Assembly (NCBI GenBank): GCA_964276515.1
Contig: OZ193909.1
Coordinates: forward strand, 8,432,001-8,496,000
Source of the DNA: Gordius albopunctatus
Lineage: Eukaryota
DNA: 64,000 nt
Direction: 5' to 3'
Below, piece by piece: positions 45,905 to 57,499 of the stretch (within the stretch, counting starts at the first letter, position 1; every line of letters begins with the position of its first letter). A program made the translations under genes and the position numbers. The notes under the pieces were generated by a model. That model was not told the origin of the DNA. It searched no databases and saw nothing but the letters and a program-made list of their open reading frames with translations.

Positions 45905-47350
45905 TGCCACTATTTTCTGCAAAACGCAAAGGAGCCAATTTAGATCGTCGAACAAAACATAATGCAGTTTTGCGCAATAAACGAGCACAGAGAACAGATG
46001 AACAACTTTTACAAAATAATGCAGATGTGCGTGTTAGTATGGCTTTATTCCGTGAATCACAATCGCAAGAGACTAGAGATGAACTAAATCTACAAAGAAA
46101 ATTAGACCAAAGACAAGAGCGCCGCTTCGTGTTTAACACACGTAGAGCTATTAACCAACAACTCCAACAAGTACATCGAGCATTTACATCAGCTTCATTC
46201 CTCCGACTAGCATTCCATTATGAGCCTGACGTTGAATATTACGCTCATTCCAAATTGGTAATTGGTACTATAGACAAGGAATGTCCACATTGTCATGCAC
46301 TTAAATTTAAAAATGAGCCACCAGAGATCTGTTGCGCATCAGAAAAAGTACAACTAACGGCAATTGAAGCACCACCTGAACCATTGCACGGCTTACTAAT
46401 TGGCACGGATCCTGATTTTAGCCTATTCCTAAAGTCAATTCGCACATTTAATTCATGCTTCCAAATGACATCGTTCGGAGCAACAGAAATAGTTAAAACG
46501 GATGCTGGAAACGGTCAGCTATTTAATTCAACCTTCAAAATTAAAGGCCAAGTTTTTCACAAAGTTGGCTCACTGCTGCCAATGCCAAACGATTCCTATA
46601 AATTTTTACAAATTTACTTTATGGGTGGTGAGGACTCTGAACGCGCACTAGCCAATCGCGTAGATGCACGTTGCGGCTACAATCACATTAATTCACCTTT
46701 TTCCAGGCGCATCGTCAGCGATCTGGACGTTCTGTTGACTGAGCACAATGAATTGTTAAAATTTTAAAATTATTTAAAGCACACATGCCCAAATTAATAA
46801 GTGACAAACACGCTATTGTCATCTTCCTGATAAAACACCTGCGGGACAGCATATACGTAGATTTAATGCACCTATTGTTGACGATGTTGCGTTAATCATG
46901 ATTGGCGACCGTACAGCTTCGCGCCAAATCGTGATTCGCAAAAGAGATGATAATCTACAGTTCATTCCTGATACCCACCGTTCCTATAACGCTCTCCAAT
47001 ATCCGCTCATTTTTTGGAAGGGGCAAGACGGTTATTTTATAAACATTAAACAACGGGATCCCCGAAATGGTATTTTATACAACATAAAACATGACTACTC
47101 ATTTTTAATTTTTTTGTATGTATCATATCACAGGAGCTGAAACAAGCAAAAAAGTGAGCTCGATGGATTATTATGCCTATCGTTTGATGATTAGAAACGG
47201 TAAAGACAACATCATTCTACGCTGTCGAGAGCTTTGCCAGCAGTTCATTGTGGATATGTATGTGAAGATTGAGAGCGAGCGCTTACGCTTCTTACGTTAT
47301 AACCAGAAAAATCTGCGTGCTGAAGAATACATCCACCTGAGAGACGCTAT
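45905..47350 (+). pseudogene. Helitron RepHel N-terminal/Rep fragment (frameshifted, 3'-truncated, one intron at 47070-47133)
   Basis: CPHC..CC zinc motif, NSCFQMTSFGA, FKIKGQVFHKVGSLLP, YNALQYPLIFWKGQDGY, DMYVKIESERLRFLRYNQKNLRAEEYIHLRDAI. Ends before the catalytic HUH/Tyr motifs and the Pif1 helicase. Confidence 0.9.
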
Positions 47351-48394
47351 TTATAATCAAAGATAATTTTAATAATACATTGTCACTTCAAGAATTTAAA
47401 CAAGGAAGGGCAAAACATTTAAAAATAATTTAGGGAGGGGCAAAAGGCAGAAATTATTGGATTATAATTTATTTGTATTAATTTTTTATATTTTTTTCTC
47501 ATTTAGGGGAAGGGGCGGCCGCTCCTACCTGTCCCCTTGGCTACACCCATGAAAAATCGAGAGCTTCAAAAAAAATATAAAAATTTGGGATTGAAAAACT
47601 TTCTAGTATATGACAGAAGAAGCCAAAAGAATGTTAGGGTTTCTAAATGTTGTGGTAATTCAAATATGATTAGTTTTTAATTTGATGCTGTTTAAAAATT
47701 CAAAATGTATTGAAAAGATATTTTATAAAAAAAAGTTAAATGATTACTCAATAGTACACTTTTCCATTAAATGACAGAAGAAGCCAAAGGAATGTTAGGG
47801 TTTCTAAATGTTGGGGTATTTCAAATATGATTAGTTTTTAATTTGATGCTGTTTAAAAATTAAAAATGTATTAAAATATATTTTATCAAAAAAAGTTAAA
47901 TGATTACTCAATAGTACACTTTTCCAGTAAATGACAGAAGAAGATAAAGGAATGTACACTTTCCCAGTAAATGACAGAAGAAGCCAAAGGAATGTTAGGG
48001 TTTCTAAATGTTGGAGTATTTCAAATATGATTAATTTTTAATTTGATGCTGTTTAAAAATTAAAAATGTATTGAAAGATATTTTATCAAAAAAAGTTAAA
48101 TGATTACTCAATAGCACACTTTTCCAGTATATGAAGGTTTCACAGTTAATGTTCAAGTTGATGCTCAAAATGTTAGGGTTTCTAAATGTTGGGGTATTTC
48201 AAATATGATTAGTTTTTAATTTGATGCTGTTTAAAAATTAAAAGTGTATTAAAAGATATTTTATAAAAAAAGTTAAATGATTACTCAATAGTACACATTT
48301 CCAGTAAATGACAGAAGAAGATAAAGGAATGTATACTTTTACAGTAAATGACAGAAGAAGCCAAAGGAATGTTAGGGTTTCTAAATATTGGGAT

Positions 48395-50118
48395 GGCAAA
48401 CAAACTGGATCATAAAGGGGGCGATAGGTTTATGTACAAATTGGCCAAGATAAGGGAGAAGAAAAGTCGAGATGTCGGAGTTCTTAAAATAGTCAAAAGC
48501 GAGAAGTGTCAAACCTTATTCAAGCCGAAGGAAGTGATGGAAAGGTGGAAAGGATATTTTAAGAAACTTATGAATATTGCAAATGACAAGGATTCCCTTC
48601 CCGAAATTGAGCCAAATATAAGTATGGTCGAACTCTTTCAGAAGGATGAAGTTAGGACACAAATGAACAAGATGCAAAAAGGAAAAGCAAATGGCCCAGA
48701 TGGAATACCTATGGAAGCATTGCTCGAATGTCGTGAAGAAGGAGTCACCACCCTGACGAACCTCCTTAACAAGATATTGGTAGAAGAGCGAATCCCTAAT
48801 CAATGGAGAGCAAGCACGATTATACCCTTATTCAAAGGAAAAGGAGACCCTCAGGACTGCGGCAATTACAGAGGTATCAAGCTAACTTGCCACTCCTTGA
48901 AGCTTTTGGAAAGGATCTTAGTAACAAGACTGAAAAACGAGGTGGAAATATCGGCTAATCAATTCGGATTCGTGGCCGGCGAATCCACAATCGACCCAAT
49001 CTTCGCCCTAAGACAAATGATGGATAAGTATGGTGAAAAGTGGAAAGACCTACATATGGTTTTTATCGACTTGGAGAAAGCTTATGACACGGTCCCCCGC
49101 GATTTAATATGGTGGTGCCTTAGGAAACAAAATATCCCTGACGCATATATACGGCTTATGAAAAATATCTATGAAGCCTCAAACTCTTGCGTTAGGACGA
49201 CAGTTGGGGACTCTAAACATTTTCGGGTTAATATTGGATTACATCAAGGCTCTGCTTTAAGTCCCTTTTTATTTAATATAATTATAGACACGATAACGAG
49301 GGACTTTCAAAAGCCATCGCCATGGTGTATGCTATATGCCGATGATATAGTACTATGCGAGGAAACAAGGGAGAAGGTATTAGAAGAAGCAGAAAAGTGG
49401 TCAAAGCGCTTAGCTGGATATGGTTTAAAGGTCAACAATCGAAAAACGGTATACATGGAAATGAACGGTACAAGCACCCCATCGCTGGATGACCACCTAA
49501 AATACCCAAAAGTAGACAGGTTTAATTACCTCGGCTCTATGCTACATCAAGAGGGAGGTTGCGCAGCTGAAATCAATGCCCGGATTCAAAAAGGATGGCT
49601 TAAATGGCGAAGTATATCCGGTGTAATGTGCGACAAGAAAATGCCAATATGGTTGAAGAGCAAAGCTTACAAATCCATCGTAAGACCGGTGTTACTCTAT
49701 GGAAGTGAAACATGGGCATTAAACACCACGGAAGGAAAGTTATTACAAGCCACGGAGACGAGAATGATACGGTGGAGCTTGGGGTATACTAAGCTCGACC
49801 ATATGACGAATGACTTTCTCATGACAAAAATGGGTATTCAACCTATGGCGGACATGATTAACAAAAATCGGCTTAGGTGGTATGGGCATATACTAAGAAG
49901 GGATCCGGATGACGTAAATCGAAAAGTGCTAGACATGAAAATACCGGGGAAGAGAGGAAGAGGACGACTCCGTGTCACGTGGAAAAGGCAAGTCGATAAA
50001 GTTATGGAAACTAAAGAGATTCGTCAAGACATGGCACTAACCCGGTCAAGATGGAAGAGACACATCAAAACAAACCCCACACATGTGGGACCAAATAACT
50101 GATAAAGAAGAAGAAGAA
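48395..50118 (+). mobile_element. RTE-clade LINE, 5'-truncated, with an uninterrupted RT domain
   Basis: ORF to 50102 has KANGPDG, NYRGIKL, FIDLEKAYD, GLHQGSALSP, YADD and the RTE C-terminus LRWYGHILRR..GKRGRGR. (GAA)n tail and TSD GGGAT at 48390-48394 / 50119-50123. Confidence 0.95.
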
Positions 50119-50967
50119 GGGATATTTCAAATATGATTAGTTTTTAATTTGATGCTGTTTAAAAATTAAAAGTGTGTTAAAATATAATTTATCAAAAAAA
50201 TTTAAATGAGTACTCAATAGTACACTTTTCCAGTAAATGACAGAAGAAGCCAAAGGAATGTTAGGGTTTATAAATGTTGGGATATTTCAAATATGATTAG
50301 TTTTTAATTTGATGCTGTTTAAAAATTAAAAATGTATTAAAAGATATTTTATCAAAAAAAAATTAAATGATTACTCAATAGCACACTTTTCCAGTATATG
50401 AAGGTTTCACAGTTATTGTTCAAGTTCATGCTCAAATTTGGGATACCATTTGAATTCCTGACGTCATAAGGCCTTTGGTGATTGACATATAGGGTGACTG
50501 AAAATACATATAAATCAATATTATTGGACCGATTTATTATTTGGGAGGCTAAAAAATAGATAACAACCGATTCTCATACCTACCGAATATGCATGCAAAG
50601 TTTCATGAGAATCGCTTGAGCCGTTTAAGAGGAGTTCAGGCACAAACACTATGACACGTGATTTTTATATATTAGATTAACTGAAAACATCTGTTGATTG
50701 ACGTTTGTGTTAGCTTATAGAAATTAAATTTCAAATTTTAAGAAAAATTTTTGATTGGCATCTCGATATTTTTGAGCGTTGTGGAAATCGATATTACAGG
50801 GGTGTGTTAAGAAAAAGTATTGATTTATTTGCTCAGGGATGGTAAATATCCCATACTCACGATGATTAGACACAAGTTGCTACAGCACCACAACCTTTCT
50901 CTCGCTTTAGTCAAAGCCAAATTTTCAACCTTCATCTCCTAATTATTATATAACATCGCTCGATAAA

Positions 50968-51444
50968 ATGCAACAAGCTTCAGGAAAACAAGAAAAATGC
51001 TGCCATGGCGAACAAGGCAAATGCCCATGTCCTAAATGTGAATGTCCTAAAGATTGTTGCAAGGTAATACTAATAATAGTTATAATAATTAATATTTGGT
51101 CTTATATATCGATTAGTGTTGCAAAGCCGAATGCAAGGGTGACAAATGTCAACAATGTAAGCAATTTCTTTCAACTCTATGTAATTTGAATTTATTACTA
51201 TAGGTAAGCATGAAAAAGCATGTCATAATTGTGCCAAAGGATGTTGTCACGTAAATTTAATATTTCATCTGGAAGATATAGTTATTTTTTTAGTGCTGCA
51301 AAGACTGTTGTAAAGATTCTACAGCCCAGGGAAGTGGCCAGAAATGCCAAGGATGTAAGTCTGCTTTATTATATTCCATTTTCTTGGCAATTATTTTCAC
51401 ACCTTTTTCTTTCAGGTGGTCAATGCAGCAATCATGAGAACTGA
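50968..51444 (+). CDS. Metallothionein-like Cys-rich protein (90 aa, 24 Cys, 5 His), 5 exons
   Basis: Exons 50968-51063, 51117-51156, 51204-51250, 51294-51354, 51416-51444 total 273 nt, GT-AG and in phase. Product: MQQASGKQEKCCHGEQGKCPCPKCECPKDCCKCCKAECKGDKCQQCKHEKACHNCAKGCCHCCKDCCKDSTAQGSGQKCQGCGQCSNHEN*. No aromatic residues, no signal peptide. AATAAA at 51468. Confidence 0.85.
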
Positions 51445-51770
51445 ACTTCGGGGGAATTCAAGATCGGAATAAAGGCCTAATAATTTCTGTACCATACATC
51501 TATTTATTGTTAGATTACTTACAACGGCTTGTATCAATTATATCCATTTAAAAATTTTTATGTCCTTTCTTTCTACAAATTATTGTTGGTAGCTTTTATC
51601 GTATATATATTACTTTTAAATTGCGTCCAAAATAGTTATAATTGCTATACAATAAATATAACAAAAAAAGGTGCATTTATTTTATTAATATAAGAGGTAT
51701 TTATGAATCTACTTGTTATAAATATTACACTAAACATTATAACCAGCTTTAAAACCTTATTATTAATAAT

Positions 51771-52800
51771 TAATTGCTATGCAATTTATGGGCTCGCTTT
51801 TTGTTGTCCGTTGTCCGTCCTTTCAATGTTCTGACTTGCTAGTTCGATACCCGGAGAGGACAATATTTTTTTAATTAAATTAATATTTTGTTCTTGTTAA
51901 TACTATTGATAATATTACTTTTTGGCCGTCCGCTGGCTACTGACCAATGAAAAAAATGACCATTGGCCAAATTGTGAATCGAAATTTTTTTAGTTTTTGA
52001 ATTGGTATATTAGGTTAACATTGATAATTACCTATGCCCTCCCATAGAAGGGCCTATGCCTCTACTGATATGGGTCCCTGTGCTCCCCCCCTACAAAAGC
52101 CTATGCCTCTACTGATGTGGGTTCGAATCCCGGAGAGGGCAAATTCTTAATTGCTAGTTCGATACCCGGAAACGGCAAAAAAACTTTTTTTTAAATTAAA
52201 TTAATATATTGTTCTTGTTAATACCATTGATAATATGACTTTTTGGCCGTCCGCTGGCTACTGACTAGTGGAAAAAATAACCATCGGCCAAATTGTGATT
52301 CGAAATGTTTGTTTTTGTTTTTAAATTGGTATATTAGGTTAACATTGACAATGACCCTATGCCCTCCCCTAGAAGGGCCGATGCCTCTACTGATATGGGC
52401 CCCTGTGCCCCCCCCCCACAAAAGCTTATGCCTCTACTGATGTGGGTTCGAATCCCGGAGAGGACAAATTTTTTTCATTTTTTTTAAATTTAATATATTG
52501 TTCTTGCTAATGCCATTAATAATATGACTTTTTGACCGTGTCCTGGCTACTGACCATTGGAAAAAAATGACCATTGGCCAGAGTATAAATCGATTTTTTT
52601 TTCGTTTTTTTCGTCTCTTATGTATTTATATCCTTTTTGACCGTCTCCTGGCTACTAACTAATGAAAAAATGACCATTGGCCAAATTGTGATTCGATATT
52701 TTTTTTCGTTTTTTTCGTTCCTTTATGTATTTATATCTTTCTGGCTACTGACCAATAAAAAAATGACCATTGGCCAAAGTGTAGCAAATTTTTTTTCTTC
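51771..52800 (+). repeat. Copy 2 of the B-box-containing repeat family, with more tandem units
   Basis: Same 5' end as 10048. GGTTCGAATCCC at 52120 and 52445. Repeated GGCTACTGACCAATG..GACCATTGGCCA units. Confidence 0.8.
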
Positions 52801-54778
52801 TATATTTTAAATATTATTAATTACATTTCAATTTATATTAATATGGACAATCATATTATTATATCGTCTTCATCTTCAGATTCTGAATATTCAAAATCAG
52901 CAGTTGAATTGATATTGCCATGGCCAAAATATTAACCGTCGAGAGCATTCCTGAAAATCCCGAACGCGAGAGCATTCGTGGGGTATATTTGACCCCATTT
53001 TTTAACTTCTCATAACTTTTAAAGTATTCTCTTTAAACCTTTCAAATTTTAAACATGTATAATCTATATTTTTTAAGAGTTTGACATTTTCCAATATATA
53101 ATCATCATATCATTTATTTTTATTTAATAACTTAGAATTTTTTAGGTCAAAAGTTGTTTTTTTGTTAAGTTATTGAAAAATTCATATTTTTACACTAAAC
53201 CTATTAACTTTAATGATTTTTTGAAATATTTCATAGGTCACCCTTTGGGTCACCCTTAAAACCAACGAGAAATTTATCTTGTCAAATTCTTTAATTTTTA
53301 AGAATAAGAAGCTATAAAAGCACTTTTGCTTCCATCCATCTCTTTCTACCGATCACTGTGTCGCTGTCTCATCCTAGATATACGTCGTAAAACAACAAGA
53401 ACGATTAGTTTTACAATTTTTATAACCCCAGATGTCATAATTTAAATTATACTCTCTCCTTAGGAATATACTCACTATTTTTTCTTAATTTTATAATTTC
53501 CGTGAATTTTTTCTTAATTTTATAATTTCCGTGAATTCAAAATAATTAAAATTGTTGGCTATTTTAGAAATTCTCAAATTTTTCGCGCAATTCCAAAGAA
53601 GTTAAGTAAGTAACCCTTTTAACAATATAATATTATTTTTACCCTTGCGTGTCTTTTTAGTACTTTAAATCAAATAAACAATTGCTTCAGTTTGCACATT
53701 ACTTTGATAATAGGCAATTTTAATTTAAAATGAAGAACATAGCGTTTTTAATTTATATTTGTGTTAAATATTGTTAAATATACATGTTAATTTGTTATTT
53801 TTTTTAAATTACGTTTTTCTTTTAAAATTTTTCAAGTCATTGAAAAAAATGATATAAAATTTTCTTAAAATAAATTGTGATTGATGTATTTTTAACTATG
53901 GCAGGAGTGGTGTTTCTTTAAAAAATCATATTTTTTTAATTTATTTCTGATGGTTCGTAAAATACTGTGATATAAATTTGCGATTTCCTTGTCAATAATT
54001 CGGCTTTTTTTAGATAGGGGTGGTTGGGGGTTTAGACAATCTTGAAGGCGTATCTAGTATTTGGGAGGGGGGGGAGCACTAGCGATTAAGGGAGGGGCAT
54101 ATAAAGATTTCAAGTTTAATTTTCTTCTAATAATTGCTACGCACCAATTAAATATCAGATGAGTTCATTTTTGTTTAAAAATTAGTGTCATTACTTATTT
54201 AAAATTCCCATTCTTATCTTAAATTTTAACTTTATTAAATATAGAAATTATTATTAGATATATTATATTAGTTACTAACCCTCCCCCCCCTCCCCCTTCC
54301 CACGAGGGCCGAAGGCCCGAGTTTTTTTAACAATCAATTGGTCATTGTTTATACAAATTTCTAAAAAAAATAAAATATTATTATTTTATATAGTGTGAAG
54401 ATTTAGGCGAGAGAGAAGCTTTATTTAAAAAATACAAAAATTTAATTAAGATAAACTGAGAGTATATAGCAAACTCTTTTGTGTCAAGAATAACTTTGAT
54501 TTAAACCTTTTTTTAACTAAAATTTTAGGCGTTTAAATCAGTCTAGAATTCTGCTATGAAAAATATATTATAATTGTACAATCCCTCATTGATGCTTGTA
54601 GGGATATATCCAAAATGGTGTCAAAAAATGTGATAATATTTAAGTGTGGACCTAATTTTATTAGATGTACACTAACCCCGTTTCGCGACTACCTTTCTAT
54701 ATCATTTGAATAACCTTGAAATAACCTTGGCATATAGTTAAAACTCGTTATAATTTGTTGTTTATTACTAGGACATAA

Positions 54779-57130
54779 TCTATATATATAAAATTTTCGT
54801 GTCACGGTGTTTGGTCCTCAACTCCTCCGAAACGGCTGGACCGATTTAGATGGAAATTTCTGCGAATATTTGGTAGGTCTGAGCCTAGATATTCGAAATC
54901 TTTAAGTCATAAGACGGTCAAGTTATTTAGTTTTATACGTTTTGACGTTTAATAAAATGTCAATCAAACGCTACCTCATGACGTACTGCGTATCTATCGT
55001 GTTCTTTGAAAATTTGAATATAGAATATTTCTTTAGTAAAAGTGTATCACTTATAGTATTTTCTAGACCGTCATATTAAAGTCATTTTTTGCTTATTTTT
55101 CACGTCAATTATTATTATAGGACGGTCGTGTCCCCTCCTGCGTGTCTAAATAAATTAAAAAATCTAATTTTGTCATTTTTTACGAGTTAAATAAGGAGAA
55201 AAATGAAAATACTTTTAACAAAGTGCCAATAAATATTGATATATCTCAGTTCTTCGGACCTCTAAGAAGGGCTACGCCCCTAACTCCTAAAAAGGTCCTC
55301 GGTTCTTTGGTGTTAGGTAGCGCCCCCGGGCCCCGTGTTGTTTTTTGTTGAGCCTTTAACCTAAGCTCTTATGCACTTCGTTGAAAAACATTTCATTTGC
55401 TGTGAAATTTAAGCAGGGGAGGAAAAGGGACCTTAATGTTTGGGGGCTTGGCTACGTCCATGCCTATACCGGTTGCTTTAAGTTTTTATGAATTATCCGA
55501 GTACACTGATAGCTTATTGACCAAAGTAAGGTTTGTAGGCAATGCTTTTTTGCGACCCCTCATAATATCTCAGTTTTTAATGCTGTATATCTAGGCATAT
55601 TTTAAACAAAAAGAAGGATTTGCTTAGGAAGTTAGGGGATATTCGCATGTTTCGGAAATAACCTAGATTAATGATGTTGCTCCGGGCTCTATTCGGGGTC
55701 AAAAATAAAAATGGCTTTTCGGATCGGGCTGGACTACTCATACAAATTAACCAAAGACAATGGTCATATGGAGCATTTTAAACCTGGACTGTGGGTTATT
55801 AAGATAATTAAATAAAGATAGAATACATGTGAACAACAAAGTGAGTTTAAAAAACCTTATTTTTTTGTCGAACTTGACATTATGATAATAAATTATTGGC
55901 ATTAAACATCAGGGAAGGAAAGCTTATAAAAGCCACAGATATGAGAATTCTACGGTGGAGCTTGGCGTAAACTAAGCTCGACCATATGACGAATGACTTT
56001 TATATGACAAAAATGAATATTCAACCTGTGGCGGACATGATTAACAAAAATCGGTTAAAGTGGTATGAACATATACTAAGGGGGACACGAAGGACCTAAA
56101 TCGAAAAGTAGTGGACATGGAGGTGCCGGATAAGAGAGGAAGAGGACGACACCGTGTCACATGGGACGGGCAAGGCGATAAAGTTATGAAAACTAGTCAA
56201 GACATGGCACTCACCCGGTCAAGATGCAAGAAACTTATCAAAACAAACCCCATGACCGTGGGACCAAGTAACTGATAAAGAAGAAGAAGATTCAAACAAA
56301 GAGCTTCACCCCTGTACCCCGGCTGGGGCTGCCCCTCTAAACCTTACTCAAGGGGCTCCGCCCCTTAAACCCCTGTCTACTTGCTGCCTTTGTGTGGCCT
56401 TATTAGCCTCTTCTAAATTCGTATGGGAGCATTCATTTGCTATGCAATTTAAGTAATAGTAAAAATTAACGGAGGGCAAATTGAGGGTAGAGATTCGGGT
56501 TACGTTTATAATGGTACCTGTTGGCTTAAACTACACAATATATCAGCAAAACATGATAACAATGAGACCCTATTGCAATAAAGCTTAGTTGGCGGCAAAT
56601 GATATACCTAAAGTTTCTAAGCTGACGTAAGCAGAATTGTAGTTTGCCCATATAAGTGAAAAACTGAACGCGCTAAAATATGTTCAGGCGCAAAAATAAA
56701 ACTGATTTTCAGGGCGCGTTTGGGTTTTGATTGAAGTTTGAAAAGGCCATTTGCCAGAATCGTGATTTTGTAGTAGGGCCAAAAAATGTTTTTAGCACCT
56801 TTAATAAAAAAACTAACCTGTGGCAATTTACAGATTTAATAATTATTTTTTTAGGTATGTATTAATTTATTTGACAGTATATTTATATAAGCAAAATGTG
56901 TAAAGCAAAGCAATAAAAAATTTGATGTTAAGTACTTTGCTTTATGTATTTATATTTTGTATTTAGCGTGTTAATTCTTCCTACATTAAGTTCGTGAATT
57001 ATTTCCCATTAGACAATTATATTTTAATCGCTCATTATATGATCGAGATATAACGATGAGCGTGCACATCACTTATAGTATATTCTAAAAATAATTTATA
57101 TAGCAAAACAACGTTTGCCGGGTCAGCTAG
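54779..57130 (+). mobile_element. Non-autonomous Helitron with internal insertions
   Basis: A|TCTATATATATAAAA..AACTCCTCCGAAACGGCTGGACCGATTT at the 5' end. Hairpin GCAAAACAACGTTTGC + CTAG|T at the 3' end. No TSD, A/T target. Confidence 0.8.
55897..56290 (+). mobile_element. Degraded 3' fragment of the same RTE family
   Basis: Aligns by eye with ~49714-50118, including AACTGATAAAGAAGAAGAAG. Confidence 0.88.
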
Positions 57131-57499
57131 TTTATTATAAAATTTGCTTATATTGACTAATATTTGATAGTCATTTAATACTTGGTTTGAGTGTTCATTC
57201 ATAAATTAAGCCAATATTCCGAGCCTTTGGGCTAAAATGAAGCCAAGTGTAGAAACTGTGACGAGTTACAAAGTGAATATTGTAATTGTTTATTCCGATG
57301 ACAAGCAATAAAGGCAATTATTTAACCGCTTAAATTTCATCACAATCTTCCTTGAATGCCTTCAAGCGTTAAACAGGCTTAGCGTGATGTTTGTTGATTT
57401 ATTTTTTTCCTTCAAAAATCTAAAATTTAATGTATATAATAATACCGACTTATAAATTAAAAAAATGTGCAACTTGTGAGGGACGAAAGCAGGTTAATA

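Larger units (their letters stand above)
44770..50676. mobile_element. Palindromic Helitron derivative: two inverted 5' arms around a RepHel fragment
   Basis: Left arm 44770-45842 is the reverse complement of the right arm 47346-50676, apart from an RTE insertion and extra ~160-bp repeat units. Both outer ends read A|TCTA..ATATATAAAAATCACGTGTCATAGTG, the left one with an 11-nt insertion. Confidence 0.88.

Noticed and set aside
45061..50400. Regularly spaced ~160-bp repeats, possibly a CRISPR-like array
   Set aside because: Whole units repeat with no unique spacers, there are no cas genes, and the context is a eukaryotic Helitron minisatellite.
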